64,000 nt of DNA from Vicugna vicugna. Lineage: Eukaryota. The notes beneath the pieces are model-generated. The model had not been told where the DNA came from. It did not search any database and worked only from the letters and a program-made list of their open reading frames with translations. The stretch lies in assembly GCA_013265495.1 (NCBI GenBank), contig MU061578.1:3979308-4043307 (forward strand), in the 5' to 3' direction. Made by a program: the position numbers and the translations under genes. Shown piece by piece: positions 61,066-64,000 of the stretch; position 1 is the stretch's first letter; each line of letters starts with the position of its first letter.

Positions 61066-62745
61066 CTGTGGAGCAGAACCAACGTCACCACAGGAGACAA
61101 GAGAGCCTCGGCAAGAGGAGAGCATGGGCGGTGAGGACTCGCCTGGGCTCAGAGCCCATGGACCTTGGGCCCCAGCAACATAGCCCTGAGCTCACTGACT
61201 TTACATCCCTAATCATTTGGAAAAATCTGACCAAGTAAATATGCTTGACTAGTAAAGAAAATTCCAGGAGTGTGATGTCCATGAGAAAGCAGCTCACAGA
61301 CAACTCAGGCAGCATTCACGCTGACCTCCTTGGCCAGGTCACAGCAGAGACCTGCATCCCAGCCTCCTCCTGGGGAGCCGAGCTGGGTCCCACCCGCCGG
61401 CAGGGCCATTTCCATCCAGTTCTGTTGGAGACCCCAGTACACTCCAGGCCTGTTTGTTAAAGGGACAGGGGAATGGAATGTGGGCCCCTCAGCACTGGCC
61501 CCCCACCTCCCTAAGCTTTCCTGAGAAACCCTTTCCTGCAGTTTGGGGCTGCCCTCTCCCCTCACCCTGTCCCCACCTGACACTCTTCTATTGGGGCTCT
61601 TTGCCCTGGGGTCCTGGTGTTGAGCAAGCTGTCCTGGGGTAGCTGAGGTCAGACCTTCCAGCCCCCAAAGCTGGAGCTTGTCTTGTAAGTTCTTACAGCC
61701 CCACAGGGGCAGCTCAGGGAAGGTGTGGCCGTGGAACTGAGGACCAGGGGCGGGGCCACAGGAGCTCCTGGGACATACCTGGGGTCTGGCACCGCCTTCC
61801 CAGCACAGTCACAGCCACATCCACAGAAGACGGTGGTGGCATCGAAGACACAACACACAGGTGTTGGGCCACACTCAGCACCTTTCTCCTCCCACCCCAC
61901 CTCTGGGGTCTGCTCTCCCTTCCTGCACCCCCTCCAGGAGGCAGGTAGGCCTCTCCTGTGTGGCCAAGTCCTGTCCCCATTGCTGGCTGCAGGCCCCCCC
62001 GGCCCCCCACACCCTTCCGGTGACACCTGGTCAGTTGCATCAAGTCCTGTTTCAAGAGGCCACAAAGCTACCCCTGCCCCCAGCCCAGGGGTGCATGACA
62101 GGGACCCTCATCAGAACCTCCAGCTCTGAGTCAGCCAGCCTGGCTTCTGGAGCCTTTGGCCTCTGCCCCACCCCCAGCCGCCTGGTGCCAAGTGTCAGAA
62201 TCCCTGGACAGCATCCGACGAGTGGCATCAAATCAGACCCGCTCGGGAGAGGACTGCTCAGTTCTGACCACGTCTGCCACCAGGCTCAGCCAGACCCCAG
62301 GAGCAGAGGCCAGAGCAGCAGGGAAGCTGAGTGGCTCTGAATGGCTGCATTCAAATCTAAGAATCAGCAGGGCAAGGAGACGAGATGGTGGCTCTCAGGA
62401 CAGAGGGACCAACAGCTGGCAAGGGGGTTGTTGTCTTTTAAATGAAAGACACATTTACTGCACTTACTGGGAAAAATGGGATAGGAGTTGTGTGACTTCT
62501 GAGGAAAGTCGAGAGCTGACAGAAGGGTGGTGACAGGGAAAAAAGATTATTCCAAGCCCTTCAGGGAGACAGCAGGGCAGGGGGCCCAGGGGCACACCCA
62601 CCTCTGGCCTGCACAGGCCTCCTGCCCTCCTGGGGCTCCCTCTGGTGGCGCCCCTCCCTGGCCCTGCTTCTTCACCCTTCTTTGCAGCAAGTGCCTCTCA
62701 CTCGCCGGACAGCCTCTTCCCAAGGTCCAGAAGGGCAGGGGCACT

Positions 62746-63176
62746 TGTGTTCCAGGGCCACCAAAACCAAGCACCATACGCCAGGCAGCTTCAAACAACA
62801 CAAATCCACTCTTGCAGTCTGGAGCCAGAGGCTGAGGGCAGGGTGCACAGGACTGGGCTCCCTCTGAGGCTCCAGGAACCCTCCTTTCCTGCCTCTCCTG
62901 CTTCTCGTGGTGCTGGCAATCGCTGGCTTGTGGACGCATCACCCCCACTTCTGCCTCTGTCCTCACATGGTATTCCCCCCCCATCTCTGTCCAAATTTCC
63001 TTCTTATAAGGACACCAGTCATACTGAATTAGGGCCCATCCTAATGACCTCACCTTTTACCTTGATTACATCTGCAAAGACTTGTTTCCAAGTAAGATCA
63101 CACTCCCAGGGACAAGGGGCTTAGGGCTGAGGCTTCTCTTTACCAGGGGAGGGGAGGACATAATTTAACTCTCAAC
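62746..63176 (-). mobile_element. MLT1 (B/C-like) MaLR solo LTR
   Basis: ttcttataaggacaccagtcatactgaattagggcccatcctaatgacctcacc...ttgattacatctgcaaagac...tttccaagtaagatcacactc is characteristic MLT1 text. Confidence 0.85.
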
Positions 63177-64000
63177 AATCGGGACCACCTAGACCCCCCT
63201 CCTCCTTATGCACCCATCCTCTCCAGGTTGTGCTCCGGTGCTTGAACGGTCACCTCTGCAGACCTAGGGCCCCAGAGCTCTCAGGACCTCTCCACAGATG
63301 GCCCTGTCTCCTGCTGTCAACTCAGCACAGAGGTGCATTCTCTGGCTCCCACCTGCTTCCCGGGACCTGACCAGAGGCCCTGCAGCCCCTCCCTCCAATC
63401 TGCACTTTGTCTACCCCCTCCTTTGTGCCATCCCCAGTTTCCATCTCACTCCTCCAACTGCTGCCCCAGGCCCTGTCCTCCAACCCTGAGCTGTGCCCCT
63501 AAACCCATCTGGTCAAACACAGCCCTCGACCCCCACCTGTCCCTCTTCCCTACTCTGCCCGGGGCCACCTCCTGGCCCTGTCATCCTCCTTGGGAACCTG
63601 GCAGCCCCTCCGTGCCTGGTCTTGTGTAACACTAACCTGCAGAGGCCCCAGACATCCCTCAGGAGAGGCCCAACTGCAGCATCAGCCCCTTATGAAACTC
63701 TGCCCTCAGGTGCCTCTCTTGACCTAGTGCCCCTGGGCCACGTGCTCAGCAGAAGCCCAGCAGGAGTGCTCAGCTCCTCCTCCCTCCCTCCATACCAGTC
63801 AAGGCCCCAGGCTCCGGCCATCTCTGCAAGCTGCCCCCTCACCCCGAGTCCCAAAAGTGACTTTACTGTGATGCCAACCCCTTCATGTCACGAGTCTTGC
63901 TTCCCAAAAAGAACACACCCCTCTGTGTGCTGGTCCATACTTCCCAGCAGGACCTTGCCCCACCCTGCCCCCAGCAGCCTTCCCACCCCAGCAATGGCTC

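Overview
Mammalian, GC-rich, gene-dense genomic DNA with the gene order UBE2I(+) - BAIAP3(+) - TSR3(-) - GNPTG(+) - UNKL(-, 3' part only), which matches human 16p13.3 as I recall it. I reconstructed the exons by hand from GT-AG boundaries and frame. They give complete, intact ORFs for UBE2I (158 aa), BAIAP3 (1153 aa), TSR3 (317 aa) and GNPTG (306 aa), plus the last 5 coding exons of UNKL. A tRNA-Ala-derived SINE and the absence of Alu/B1/Bov-A suggest a camelid (inference). There is no CRISPR array, RNA gene or new protein-coding system that I can support, and most long ORFs in the track are GC-rich artefacts. The most interesting signals are regulatory: (1) five RFX X-box-like palindromes around the BAIAP3 promoter and intron 1, one beside a FOX:ETS composite and E-boxes; (2) a pure (GGC)17 tract abutting the GNPTG ATG inside a 158-bp TSR3/GNPTG bidirectional promoter; (3) a MER5-like relic that appears to be the non-coding orthologue of the human BAIAP3 N-terminal extension; (4) two tail-to-tail gene pairs with probably overlapping 3' ends. 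Repeat family names are recognised from memory, and their boundaries are approximate.
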